From an uncultured Chromatiales bacterium (lineage in GTDB: Bacteria; Bacteroidota; Ignavibacteria; SZUA-365; CAYQST01), in NCBI GenBank assembly GCA_964420295.1, contig CAYQST010000009.1:18532-82531 (forward strand): a stretch of DNA of 64,000 bases, read 5' to 3'. The translations under genes were made by a program, and so were the position numbers. Below the pieces are notes generated by a model. The model made no database searches. It saw nothing but the letters and a program-made list of their open reading frames with translations, and was not told the DNA's origin. This document shows positions 9,208 to 21,162 of this stretch, in pieces (position 1 is the first letter of the stretch; every line of letters begins with the position of its first letter).

Positions 9208-12111
9208 TTACTTGCCGAAGCGTACCGGAAGACGCAACTGGATCTCGGCACTCCGGAGGCGGATGAAGTAGGACCCCGAGGGCAGTCCCGTGAAGTCCGT
9301 GGCAATTCGATGTTCCCCTCCGGTCAGGACGGAAGACAGAACCGTGCGCACCTGGCGACCCAGCAAATCGGTGACGTCCAGAGTCACGGCATGGCGTCCG
9401 TCGGGGACAACGAAGACCACGGTGGTGCCGGGGTTGAAGGGATTCGGATAATTCCCGACAAGCGTGAATCCGTCGGCGGAATGCGGCGTGCGGTCCGTTC
9501 CGGTGACCATCAGGGTCCAGATCAACCGCGTCTTTTCCCCGCAGGGATCGGTGACGGTGCACACCACGTCGTAGGGAAGCTGATCGGCGAAGGTGCGCGT
9601 GAAGCTGGGTGCATCGGTGCCCACGGGCAATCCGTTCAGGGTCCAGGCATAAGTCAGATCGTCCTGATCCGCATCCGTCGCTGTCACCGAGAAGGTCATC
9701 TCGTCCCCCTTGCTCACCAGGGTGTCGGTGGCGATGGGCAGATGTCCGGTGATCACGGGAGCCGCGTTGGGACGGGCGGGAAGTGCGATCGAAAGCGGAC
9801 AGGTAATGGCAGTGCGATACTGCAGCCGTCCCGTGTCCGGTGTGCAGGTCGGGGCAGGGAGAACGAGGGTCCAGGTCACCGTGACACTGTCTCCCGCAGC
9901 CAGAGATGGGGTGACGGATTTCGACGCGGTCTCACCGGGAGCCAGATTCCATCCGCTCGGCAGATCGAGCTCCGCGACGATGGGCGCGCTGGGGGCGTTG
10001 CCCGTGTTGCGAAATCCTCCCGAAATGACATACGGCGACGGTTCGAAGGATTTCGTCACCGCGTTGTAGGTCACCTCGGGCGGGGTGGGACAGGTAGAGA
10101 CGATGTTCGCCGTCGAGGCCCCGGGCACGACGAGGTTCGCGCGCAGGGTGTCGTTCGGCGTGGGCATGGCCTCGATCACCGCCGCGAGAGGATAGGTGGT
10201 ATCGGTTGCACCCGTGGGATAGTCCACCATCCACGTCAGGTCGGCCTTCCCACCCGGTGCCATCCCCGAGAAATTCTGCGTGGCCGTGCCGGAGGCCAGG
10301 GTCACGCCGTTGGGAAGCAGGAGGGTAGCCTGTCCCGAGGGGCCGGTGAGGGAGCCTGCGCTGACGATGGTCAGGCGCACAGGGACGGGTTTCGGGGTCC
10401 ACACGCCGCCCGTGCTGGTCACGGTATCCACCTTCAGAGTACCTGCCACTGCGGAGGTGGCGGCTCTCACGTTCACCAGCATGCGGGTATCGGCCGTCAC
10501 GTTCTCCGCGCAGCGCGCGATGACATCGAGCGTGAGGGTGGCATCGCTGGATCGGGGCTGGACCTTCATCTGCCATTTCGCATACCCGATCTGACCAGGC
10601 TGTAAGGTGGAGGGGACCACCGTCGCCTCGGGCACGGAACCTCCCACCAACTTCACTCCGTCCTGAAGCACCAGGGTGGCGGTGCAATGACTCACCGGGA
10701 AGTCTCCGCTGTTGGACACTTCCACCTTCACTTCCTGGGGCTGATTATAGTCCTTTTTTGCGTCGTCCCAGGCGAAGACATAGAGCTGAGATTTTGCAGT
10801 GATTTCGGTCTTCTTCGGTGTAATGGTAATACGTCCGGGATGCAGCACGGGATTGAGACAGCCCCCGGTAAATGTGATATTCCGCAGCTGAATCGGCACG
10901 ACCACGTTCTGGGTGGTGGGGATGGTGCGGAAGGTCATCCGGAACAGCACGCCCTTCCCTGAAAGCACGGACGTTCCCGTGACGCCGATCGTGGCCCCGG
11001 TAGCTGTGGGCTGAATCGCGTACTGATTATCCTTGCCGAGATTCCCGTCTGCGGCGATCGACTGCAACTTCACTTTCGAGGTATCGAATTCGAGCACCCA
11101 TTGGCCCGGAACAAGCCATTGCCCCGTCACGGCGGTCTGGAGGGACATGGGCACGATGGCATCCTTTTCCGAGGTCGCTGTCACGGAGTCCGCTCCGATA
11201 TGGGTGGTCACCACGGTGGTGGGATCTCCGGCGATAGAAAACACCGTATCCTTGCTCACGCGTCCCGTATCGATCCGGGCTTCCAGAAAGATGCGCCGAT
11301 CCGCGCCATCGCGGCAGAGGTGCGTGCTGGTGTATTCGACAAAGTAATGCTCGGGGGTCCCGCGCATGGTGAGCAGGAATCGCTGGGTCAGATACGCGAG
11401 ATTGGTGCTGTACTCGCCGCCCGTTTCGTTGCAGAGCTTCTGCAGATCAGCCTGGCTCGCGGTCACGCTGACACCGAGAACGAACACCGTGGCCTGCACG
11501 GACTTCGCCTTCTGCGCCACGGCAGTGTAGTTCTGCTTGCTTCCATCATCCCGGCCATTGGTCACCACGACAAGGGTGCGCTTGCTTCCTCCGAACTTCA
11601 GGGCTTCCAGCGCATTGTAAATTCCATCCCACAGCAGATTGCTGTTGGTGCCGATGGTGAGATTCGTGATGGCCGACTGGAGTCCGTTCTTCGAAGTGGT
11701 CATGTTCTGTACCGTCGTCGCCACATTGTCGTAGGTCACCACGGCGGCCTCATCGAGCACCCCGTCCATAGTCTGCACGATTTGATCGAACAGGGATTTG
11801 GCGGCATCGAGATCGTTTTGACGAAAACTGTTCCCGCTGCATGTCAGGAGCGCGGCGCTGAAGCGGGTCTTGCCCTGAGGGGCGTTCAGCCGCAAGGGAG
11901 CGTGAGAAATGCCATCCTCGCGGAGCGTGAGCTTCGTGCTGTCGAGATCCCGCACGTAGAGAAGGTTGTTCTTCGTCACCACCTGAAGGGAAATCTTCGG
12001 AAACTTGCTCACATCCACGTTCTGGATCTGCAGGGAATAAGGCTGGGCTCTCACACAGCCGATTGCCACGAACAGCAGGATAACCAGGGTAAAACGGATG
12101 GGGTGGGTCAT
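9208..12111 (-). CDS. secreted vWA/PKD domain protein with T9SS C-terminal sorting domain
   Basis: Signal peptide MTHPIRFTLVILLFVAIGC. vWA-like block (TLVVVTNGRDDGSK...ATVFVLGV). PKD-like block (TYAWTLNG...DPCGE). C-terminal GNYPNPFNPGTTVVF...GSYFIRL matches a Por/T9SS sorting domain. Confidence 0.8.
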   Translation of the reverse strand: MTHPIRFTLVILLFVAIGCVRAQPYSLQIQNVDVSKFPKISLQVVTKNNLLYVRDLDSTKLTLREDGISHAPLRLNAPQGKTRFSAALLTCSGNSFRQNDLDAAKSLFDQIVQTMDGVLDEAAVVTYDNVATTVQNMTTSKNGLQSAITNLTIGTNSNLLWDGIYNALEALKFGGSKRTLVVVTNGRDDGSKQNYTAVAQKAKSVQATVFVLGVSVTASQADLQKLCNETGGEYSTNLAYLTQRFLLTMRGTPEHYFVEYTSTHLCRDGADRRIFLEARIDTGRVSKDTVFSIAGDPTTVVTTHIGADSVTATSEKDAIVPMSLQTAVTGQWLVPGQWVLEFDTSKVKLQSIAADGNLGKDNQYAIQPTATGATIGVTGTSVLSGKGVLFRMTFRTIPTTQNVVVPIQLRNITFTGGCLNPVLHPGRITITPKKTEITAKSQLYVFAWDDAKKDYNQPQEVKVEVSNSGDFPVSHCTATLVLQDGVKLVGGSVPEATVVPSTLQPGQIGYAKWQMKVQPRSSDATLTLDVIARCAENVTADTRMLVNVRAATSAVAGTLKVDTVTSTGGVWTPKPVPVRLTIVSAGSLTGPSGQATLLLPNGVTLASGTATQNFSGMAPGGKADLTWMVDYPTGATDTTYPLAAVIEAMPTPNDTLRANLVVPGASTANIVSTCPTPPEVTYNAVTKSFEPSPYVISGGFRNTGNAPSAPIVAELDLPSGWNLAPGETASKSVTPSLAAGDSVTVTWTLVLPAPTCTPDTGRLQYRTAITCPLSIALPARPNAAPVITGHLPIATDTLVSKGDEMTFSVTATDADQDDLTYAWTLNGLPVGTDAPSFTRTFADQLPYDVVCTVTDPCGEKTRLIWTLMVTGTDRTPHSADGFTLVGNYPNPFNPGTTVVFVVPDGRHAVTLDVTDLLGRQVRTVLSSVLTGGEHRIATDFTGLPSGSYFIRLRSAEIQLRLPVRFGK

Positions 12112-12269
12112 GGAAGGTCCTCCGGAAATGTAAGCGTCTGCCAGTTGGGTAAAATAGGGATTGGACGACGAATAACAAGGCCATTGCCCGCGACGAGAAA
12201 ACACCATTGCCTTCCCCGACTTCGTTCTCTATCTTTCCGCTTTCCATCGTCACTACACGGAACGCCTCC

Positions 12270-12926
12270 ATGAGCCGTCTGCCACGCCTGATTTCCGCCC
12301 CGGAACGCGACCGCATCGCTTCCGCTGTCTCCCGCGCCGAAGCCGAAACGTCCGGGGAAATCGTTCCCTTCATCGTCGGACAAAGCGGACTCTATCCCGA
12401 AGCTGGCCTTCGCGTGGGAGCGGCCCTGGCTCTCGTCGTCCTTCTGGGCTTTGCCGCGATAAATCTGCTCACGGATTTCTGGCTGCCCTTCGGAATCGCC
12501 GAATGCGCCTTTTCCACGATTGCTGCCTTTCTCGTCGGCAATGCCCTGGCCCTGATTCCCGCCATTCGCAGACTCGGCATCTCGGTGCCGGCCATGCAAC
12601 AGAATGTGGATGAGCGTGCCGCCCTCGCTTTCCTGGCCGAGGAGGTGTTTCTGACCCGCGAGCGGACGGGGATCCTCATCTTCGTTTCTCTGTTCGAGCG
12701 TCGGGTGAGGATTCTGGGAGACAGCGGCATCAACGCCGCGGTGAAAAAGGAGGAATGGGAAACGATCGTGGCCGCCCTCATCCAGCGCATGAAGCAGGGG
12801 CAGGTGGCCGAGGGCCTGGTGGAGACCGTCGGAGCCTGTGGTCGCCTGCTGACCGACCATGGTTTAGCCGTTCGTCGGGACGATACCAACGAACTGTCCG
12901 ATTCTCTTCGTATGAGCGAGCGATGA
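12270..12926 (+). CDS. TPM domain membrane protein (COG3762-like)
   Basis: The RISAPERDRIASAV...SGEIVPFIV motif is followed by TM helices. The stop overlaps the next TPM gene start (ATGA). Confidence 0.55.
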   Translation: MSRLPRLISAPERDRIASAVSRAEAETSGEIVPFIVGQSGLYPEAGLRVGAALALVVLLGFAAINLLTDFWLPFGIAECAFSTIAAFLVGNALALIPAIRRLGISVPAMQQNVDERAALAFLAEEVFLTRERTGILIFVSLFERRVRILGDSGINAAVKKEEWETIVAALIQRMKQGQVAEGLVETVGACGRLLTDHGLAVRRDDTNELSDSLRMSER

Positions 12927-13864
12927 CACGCCTGAGCCGGTGCATCCTTCCGATTCTGGCGCTGGTACTGGCCTTCGCCGTTCCCCTGCGTGCCGACGAG
13001 GTTCCATATCTCGCGGGACATGTCAACGATCTCGCCCATCTCCTCTCCCCCGCCACGGTCCAAGCCCTCGAGACCCGCCTGACCGAGTACGAAACGAAAA
13101 CCGGCAACCAATTCGCCGTGCTCATTATTTCCGCTCTCGGCGATCAGTCCATCGAGGAATACTCCCTGCGCGTGGCGGAGACGTGGAAACTGGGCAAGAA
13201 AGGAGTGGACAACGGCGCTATTCTGGTCATCTCAAAGGAAGACCGCAAGCTGCGCATCGAAGTGGGGTACGGACTCGAGTCCTCCCTCACCGACGCGCTG
13301 TGCAATTACATCATTCGCGAGAAGATCGTGCCCGCGTTTAAAAGCGGAGATTTCGACGCCGGCATCACTGAAGGCGTCGAATCCATGATCCAGGCGGCCG
13401 ACGGCGCCCTGCAGGTCACCGAGACCTCGGGGGACGATTCCGGAGGGATGATCGCCCTGTTCGTGATTCTTCTCGTCATCTCTCTGATCGCACTTCCGGT
13501 GTCCCTGTTCGCGGGAAGGGTGGGCGGTTGGGTGGTGATGGCGATTGCCATGTTCTTCCCCTCTCTTGTGGTGATCTTCGAACCCACGGGTTGGCGCTTT
13601 CTTTTTCTCGCTCTCGTCATCGGATGGATCACGGCCTTTCTCCTTCTTCGGCGGTGGACACGAAACTCCACTGCGGGACAGAAATGGCTGGAGTCGGCGC
13701 GCAAGGGCGGAACGCGGTCGGGTTCTCGGTCGAGCGGATGGTCGGGTTCGGGGTGGAGCAGTGGGTGGTCGAGCCGATCCTCGTCGAGCGGATGGTCGTC
13801 GGGGAGTTCCTTCTCCGGCGGAGGGGGCAGCTTCGGAGGAGGAGGATCCTCCGGAAGCTGGTAG
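12923..13864 (+). CDS. TPM domain protein (YgcG-like) with Gly/Ser-rich C-terminal tail
   Basis: Signal peptide. The TPM core reads LLSPATVQALETRLTEYETKTGNQFAVLII...ILVISKEDRKLRIEVGYGLE. A TM segment is followed by a GGGGSFGGGGSSGSW tail. Confidence 0.8.
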   Translation: MTRLSRCILPILALVLAFAVPLRADEVPYLAGHVNDLAHLLSPATVQALETRLTEYETKTGNQFAVLIISALGDQSIEEYSLRVAETWKLGKKGVDNGAILVISKEDRKLRIEVGYGLESSLTDALCNYIIREKIVPAFKSGDFDAGITEGVESMIQAADGALQVTETSGDDSGGMIALFVILLVISLIALPVSLFAGRVGGWVVMAIAMFFPSLVVIFEPTGWRFLFLALVIGWITAFLLLRRWTRNSTAGQKWLESARKGGTRSGSRSSGWSGSGWSSGWSSRSSSSGWSSGSSFSGGGGSFGGGGSSGSW

Positions 13865-13873
13865 GACGGACGT

Positions 13874-15424
13874 ATGCGACGATGGCACCGCGGTCCCTGG
13901 CTTCTGCCCATCCTGGGGGGACTGTTGCTCCTGCCCACCGTGGTGGTGATGATCATCGAGCTGGGCACCCTGGCCACCACTCGGGATCTTCTGCGTGAGG
14001 CCTGGACGGGACAGGCGGACGCCCTTCTCTTTTCGATCAACCAGCAGGGCTGGGAAACTTCCAATGCCTTCGCGACACAAATCGACCGCCTGCTCACCGA
14101 AGGAGAAGGCGGGTCGCAGTCATCATCGGCGCATTCTTTTTCTCCCTTTCACACCGTGTTCTGCACCGATTCGACAGGTGTTATCACCGCCTGGCTTGCC
14201 ACGCAGGTGGGTTACCCCGGTATCGAGGATTCCCTCGATCCCCGGCGCCTAATCACCGAACGCCAGGAACAATGGTCCCGCCTGCGCCGCTGGTCCCGCC
14301 TGGGCTACCGCCGCTTCGAGATCGTGCCCTGCCGTCTGGGGTCGAAATCACAGCTGTGTCTGGTGTACGCCGTCTCCGCACGTGCCCGTCATGCCTATGG
14401 ATTTCTCATCGCCGAACCGGAACGCTTCATCGCCGAGGCGCTCGGTCCCCGCCTGCGGGAACTGGCCCGCAATGGCATCGGGGCTGTTGTGCGCGATCGC
14501 GACGGAGACTCCGTGCAATTCCGTTCGGGAGATCCGCGGCAGGGAGTGACCCGCCCCCTCACCCTCCCACCCACCAGCACGATCGAACTGTCCGTCTCCG
14601 GGAAAAGTCCCGACGACCTGACCCAATCTCTCATTCAACGGAACCTCCTCATTCTCGGGGGAGTCACCCTTCTGCTCCTTGCGGCGGTCATCGTCCTCTT
14701 TCGCGGCATCCGCCATGAATTGCGCCTGGCTCGGCTGAAAAGCGAATTCACCGCCAACGTATCGCACGAATTGCGCACTCCCCTCTCCCTGATTCGCATG
14801 TACGCGGAAACCCTGGTACTCGACCGGGTGCGGGACGAGGAGAAGAAGCGATCCTATCTTCAGACCATTTTGTCCGAAACCGAGCGTCTGACCCGCTTGG
14901 TCCATCGCATCCTCAATTTTTCGCGTATGGACGCGGGGCGACGCCCCTACCATCCGATTCCCACCGAGCTGCGCGAGCTGGTGAACACGACGGTGCGGGA
15001 CTTCGCGCCCGAGGGCGTGATGGACGGACACCGCATTGACGTGCACCTTCCCGATGCCGCCGTGACCCTCCGCGTCGATCCCGATGCCCTGGGCGAGGCC
15101 CTGTACAATCTGCTCGATAACGCGGTGAAGTATAGTCCCGGCCAGGATACCGTGACCGTATCTCTGGAGCGAACTCCCGCTGAGGCCACCCTGTCCGTGC
15201 GCGACGCGGGAATCGGCATCCCCGCCCATCTGCACGAAACGATCTTCGAGCAGTTCTATCGCGCCTCCGATCCTCTCATTCACGAGACGAAGGGCAGCGG
15301 CTTGGGACTCACCATCGTCCGTCACATCCTCGAATCCCACGGGGCCCGAATTACGGTCTCCAGCGCTCCCGGCGCCGGATCCACCTTCACGATGCACTTC
15401 CCATCGAACCTCTTCAGCGAGTGA
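13874..15424 (+). CDS. two-component sensor histidine kinase
   Basis: Two TM segments. The H-box reads HELRTPLSLIRMY. The HATPase_c region contains N/G1/G2 boxes (LDNAVKYS, DAGIGIP, GSGLGL). Confidence 0.85.
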   Translation: MRRWHRGPWLLPILGGLLLLPTVVVMIIELGTLATTRDLLREAWTGQADALLFSINQQGWETSNAFATQIDRLLTEGEGGSQSSSAHSFSPFHTVFCTDSTGVITAWLATQVGYPGIEDSLDPRRLITERQEQWSRLRRWSRLGYRRFEIVPCRLGSKSQLCLVYAVSARARHAYGFLIAEPERFIAEALGPRLRELARNGIGAVVRDRDGDSVQFRSGDPRQGVTRPLTLPPTSTIELSVSGKSPDDLTQSLIQRNLLILGGVTLLLLAAVIVLFRGIRHELRLARLKSEFTANVSHELRTPLSLIRMYAETLVLDRVRDEEKKRSYLQTILSETERLTRLVHRILNFSRMDAGRRPYHPIPTELRELVNTTVRDFAPEGVMDGHRIDVHLPDAAVTLRVDPDALGEALYNLLDNAVKYSPGQDTVTVSLERTPAEATLSVRDAGIGIPAHLHETIFEQFYRASDPLIHETKGSGLGLTIVRHILESHGARITVSSAPGAGSTFTMHFPSNLFSE

Positions 15425-15427
15425 TCC

Positions 15428-16102
<675 letters not shown>

Positions 16103-16107
16103 ACTCT

Positions 16108-16145
16108 GGTGACATTTCGTGACATCTTCTCACCCGCCGGTGACA
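16108..16145 (+). promoter_or_regulatory. three GTGACA direct repeats (spacing 10 and 21 bp); candidate OmpR-family response regulator binding site
   Basis: GGTGACA at 16108, GTGACA at 16119 and GGTGACA at 16139. They lie in the 83-nt gap between the RR gene and the GH2-N-like gene. Confidence 0.3.
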
Positions 16146-16185
16146 ACCAAGACGGGAGGGGGGCGTACCTTGCATCTGAAACGAC

Positions 16186-17247
16186 ATGATGCTCTCCCGT
16201 CTCCATATCGCCTCCCTGTTGCTGCTTCTCGCCCTTCCGATTCGGGCTCAGGTGTGGACGCGGGTGGTGGATTTGCGGGGACAATGGAAATGCGAACTCG
16301 GTGATGACCTACGCTACGCCGAACCGAAACTGAAAAACGAGAAGGAATGGTCCGATATCTTCGTCCCCTCTCCCTGGGAAAACGAAGGCTTTTCGGGATA
16401 TGATGGATACGCATGGTACAGACGACATGTGACCATTCCCTCCGAGTTCGCATCCCGTCCCCTCTACCTGCATCTGGGCACGGTGGACGATGTCGACGAG
16501 GTGTACATCAACGGACGCATGATCGGGTTCTCCGGCTCCTTCCCGCCTCATTATATCACGGCCTATGCCGACGATCGCGTCTATCGCATTCCCAACGATC
16601 TGATCGAGTTCGGGGGCGACAACGTGATCGCCGTGCGCGTGTACGATCAGTACGGAGAAGGCGGCATCGTGAGCGGGACGCCTGGAATTTTCGAGCGAGT
16701 GGATTTTCTTAAGCCCACCCTCAATCTGGAAGGAAGCTGGCGCTTTCGTCTTGGTGAGGATTGGGGATGGAAGAATCCCGGGTACGACGATCGTCGCTGG
16801 ACGGTGGTGACCGTTCCTGCCTTCTGGGAAACCCAGGGGTTTCGCGACTTCGATGGCGTGGCCTGGTATCGCCGCGAGGTTCGAATTCCCGCTTCTCTCG
16901 CGCAGAGCGAGCTGGTATTCCTGGCCGGTCGTATCGACGACGTGGATGAAGTGTACATCAATGGCCGTCGCATCGGAGGGACGGGGACCTTCGGTGTGTA
17001 CAATCAACGGGAAACCCATCGCGACCTGCGTGCCTACACCGTTCCCGCCGGACTCCTGCGCCCCGATGCGGACAATGTGATCGCCATCCGCGTCGAGGAT
17101 CGATTCATGCATGGCGGCATCACCGACGGGCCCATCGGCTTCGTGCCCCGGGACCGCTGGGATCGCTTTCGCCATCGCTATCCCGATCCCCGGGAGAACC
17201 GGGAGAACGGTCTGAAAGACATGTTGAAGAGAATTTTCGGCAACTGA
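16186..17247 (+). CDS. secreted protein with two tandem GH2 N-terminal (sugar-binding jelly-roll)-like domains and no catalytic domain
   Basis: Signal peptide. An internal ~150-aa duplication: both copies contain W..DWGW / DDRRW...FWETQGF..GVAWYRREV..VDDVDEVYINGR.IGG. Confidence 0.6.
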   Translation: MMLSRLHIASLLLLLALPIRAQVWTRVVDLRGQWKCELGDDLRYAEPKLKNEKEWSDIFVPSPWENEGFSGYDGYAWYRRHVTIPSEFASRPLYLHLGTVDDVDEVYINGRMIGFSGSFPPHYITAYADDRVYRIPNDLIEFGGDNVIAVRVYDQYGEGGIVSGTPGIFERVDFLKPTLNLEGSWRFRLGEDWGWKNPGYDDRRWTVVTVPAFWETQGFRDFDGVAWYRREVRIPASLAQSELVFLAGRIDDVDEVYINGRRIGGTGTFGVYNQRETHRDLRAYTVPAGLLRPDADNVIAIRVEDRFMHGGITDGPIGFVPRDRWDRFRHRYPDPRENRENGLKDMLKRIFGN

Positions 17248-17272
17248 TACTCATGTTGAACTTGTAGATCCG

Positions 17273-17716
17273 ATGGAGGCTCCCATGAACCGCGTGTACA
17301 CACCATCCGCCCTGATGACTCTCATCCTCTTCCTCACCTTTGCCTCGCTGGCTCCCGCCACTCCCATCTCTCGCGACTCAACGGCTCGCATCGGGTACGC
17401 GATGGAGAATTACCGCAAAGCCCTCGGTTCCGAAAACGAAGGCCTCATTGTCTCCTCCCTCGTCCAGGTGCTTCGCCTCAAGGCCCTGCATCCCCAGGTG
17501 CGCATCGACGCCTATGTGAGGGATCTGACCAGTCTTTCTCTTCATTGCCCCTGCCCCGCCCTGCGCCATCGCGTGCACCTCACCCTCCTGGCCCTTTCCG
17601 AACCCCGCCTTCTGCCCCATGCGGGCTTCGCCGCCACCGACACGCCCGACGCGGTATTCCAAACCCTCTCCCGCTGTATTGCCGACTCTCTGCTGGCGGG
17701 GAATGGAGCGCACTAA
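17273..17716 (+). CDS. hypothetical secreted protein
   Basis: 147-aa ORF with a signal peptide (LMTLILFLTFASLA). No recognizable domain. It is followed by a hairpin terminator. Confidence 0.4.
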   Translation: MEAPMNRVYTPSALMTLILFLTFASLAPATPISRDSTARIGYAMENYRKALGSENEGLIVSSLVQVLRLKALHPQVRIDAYVRDLTSLSLHCPCPALRHRVHLTLLALSEPRLLPHAGFAATDTPDAVFQTLSRCIADSLLAGNGAH

Positions 17717-17751
17717 CCCCTTCACTCTTCACCGTTTACTCTTTTCTCGCC

Positions 17752-17783
17752 AAAAACACCAAGGCCGTCTTTCGACGGCCTTG
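17752..17783. terminator. bidirectional hairpin terminator (AAGGCCGTC-TTTC-GACGGCCTT)
   Basis: On the minus strand the hairpin is followed by TGGTGTTTTTGG, so it terminates groEL. On the plus strand it follows the hypothetical gene. Confidence 0.5.
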
Positions 17784-17805
17784 TGTGTTTGATCCCAGTG
17801 AATTT

Positions 17806-19766
<1,961 letters not shown>

Positions 19767-19811
19767 GGATGTGAACCTCCTAAATGATGTGAAATCGAGA
19801 AAAAGAGCCTG

Positions 19812-19838
19812 TTAGCACTCATAAATAACGAGTGCTAA
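19812..19838. promoter_or_regulatory. CIRCE operator (TTAGCACTC-N9-GAGTGCTAA), HrcA binding site of groESL
   Basis: Exact match to the CIRCE consensus inverted repeat with a 9-nt spacer. It lies immediately downstream of the -10 element. Confidence 0.85.
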
Positions 19839-19866
19839 TATATCTTTCGTTCCCCTGTTTGTCAAG
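19838..19866 (-). promoter_or_regulatory. sigma70-like promoter of groESL (TTGACA-17-TATATT)
   Basis: On the minus strand, TTGACA (complement of 19861-19866), a 17-nt spacer, then TATATT (complement of 19838-19843). The -10 abuts CIRCE. Confidence 0.45.
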
Positions 19867-19944
19867 GGTGGAAATCCTTCCCTTTTTCCTCCGATCCCTG
19901 CAATTCGTACCTTGTTTCCTCTCGTTGTTTTGGATTTCACCACC

Positions 19945-21162
19945 ATGCGTATTCTCCATACCTCGGACTGGCATTTGGGTAAAACCCTCGGCCCTTTCTC
20001 CCGACAGGAAGAGCAGGAGGCCGTGCTGGAGGAGATCTGTCTTCTCGCCGAACAGGAGAGCGTGGATGCCGTGCTTGTCGCGGGCGATGTGTTCGACACG
20101 GCCAATCCATCCATCGAGGCAGAGACCCTGTTTTACCGCACGGTCAAACGGCTTTCGCGAGAGGGGCACTGCGCGGTCACGGTCATCGCGGGCAATCACG
20201 ACAGCCCGCAACGCCTGCCCGGGGCCTCTCCCCTGGCCAGGGAATGCGGCATCGTTCTGCTGGGCCTCCCGGGAGACCACTGCCCTCCCTTCGCGCTCCC
20301 ATCAGGACTCGCCCTGCGGCGCTCCGAACCTGGCCTCCTCGAGTGGAAACTCCCTCGCCACGATCGCCCCCTCCACCTCCTCGTGTTGCCCTATGCCAAC
20401 GAGGTCCGCCTGAAACGCGCTCTCGTCGGAGAGAAAACCGACTCGTCCCTGCGGGATCTGATCGGTGACACGTGGGCTGGCCTGGCGGCGCGCATTCCCC
20501 CGTCCTCCGGTCCCACCATCCTCCTCGCCCACGCCTTCATGATGCGAAAGGACGGAGAATGCTACGAAGAAGGGGAAGACGAAAAGCCGATTCGCATCGG
20601 AGGTGCCGAGGCACTGTGGACAACCCTCGTTCCTCCCTGCGTGGACTATGTGGCCCTCGGCCACCTCCATCGCTGGATCGAGGTCGCCTCCGATCCCTGC
20701 CCTATCGTGTATTGCGGCTCCCCCCTGGCCACCGCCCCCGAAGATGGCGTAGCGCGCAAATCCGTGGCCCTGGTGGAGTTCGCGCCGTCCCTCCCGCCCA
20801 TGGTGCGAGCCTTGCCGCTCCACACAGGACGGCAGGTGCGTCGCCTTCGCTTCGACAGCGTGGACCAGGCCGTCGAAGCCCTGCCCGCCTATGCCGAGGA
20901 TTGGGTGGAATGCACCCTCGTCTGCGAACGCTACCTCTCGACCGAGGATCAGGCCCGCATTCGCGCCGTTCATCCGCGCCTCCTCGCCCTCATCCCCGCC
21001 CCGCGCGACATCACCCCCGATCTCCCCCATCATCCGGTGGACCCCGGTCTCGATATTTCGGAGCTGTTTGTCCGATTTTTCCGCGAGCGCAAGGGTCTCG
21101 ATCCGAGCGACGAGATTCTGACCGTGTTCCGCGAACTGCTCGCCGGGGAGGATCCCGCATGA
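19945..21162 (+). CDS. sbcD: exonuclease SbcD (Mre11-family nuclease)
   Basis: The translation begins MRILHTSDWHLGK. Metallophosphoesterase motifs GDVFD and GNHD are present. The stop overlaps the sbcC ATG (ATGA). Confidence 0.85.
   Translation: MRILHTSDWHLGKTLGPFSRQEEQEAVLEEICLLAEQESVDAVLVAGDVFDTANPSIEAETLFYRTVKRLSREGHCAVTVIAGNHDSPQRLPGASPLARECGIVLLGLPGDHCPPFALPSGLALRRSEPGLLEWKLPRHDRPLHLLVLPYANEVRLKRALVGEKTDSSLRDLIGDTWAGLAARIPPSSGPTILLAHAFMMRKDGECYEEGEDEKPIRIGGAEALWTTLVPPCVDYVALGHLHRWIEVASDPCPIVYCGSPLATAPEDGVARKSVALVEFAPSLPPMVRALPLHTGRQVRRLRFDSVDQAVEALPAYAEDWVECTLVCERYLSTEDQARIRAVHPRLLALIPAPRDITPDLPHHPVDPGLDISELFVRFFRERKGLDPSDEILTVFRELLAGEDPA

Noticed and set aside
9310-10605. 431-aa plus-strand ORF antisense to the vWA/T9SS gene
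   Set aside because: Same compositional artifact. The minus-strand product has a signal peptide, vWA, PKD and T9SS sorting domain.
13680-13864. Repetitive GGxTCG/GGATGG nucleotide repeats (possible array)
   Set aside because: They are coding low-complexity Gly/Ser/Trp-rich tail of the TPM protein. They are not spaced direct repeats with unique spacers, so this is not CRISPR.
20472-21158. N-terminal 229-aa extension of the SbcC ORF (1244 aa in the track)
   Set aside because: The extension is Arg/Pro-rich with no SMC features and overlaps sbcD. The ATG at 21159 (MIPLRLELEGFLSY) matches the canonical SbcC N-terminus and is ATGA-coupled to sbcD.
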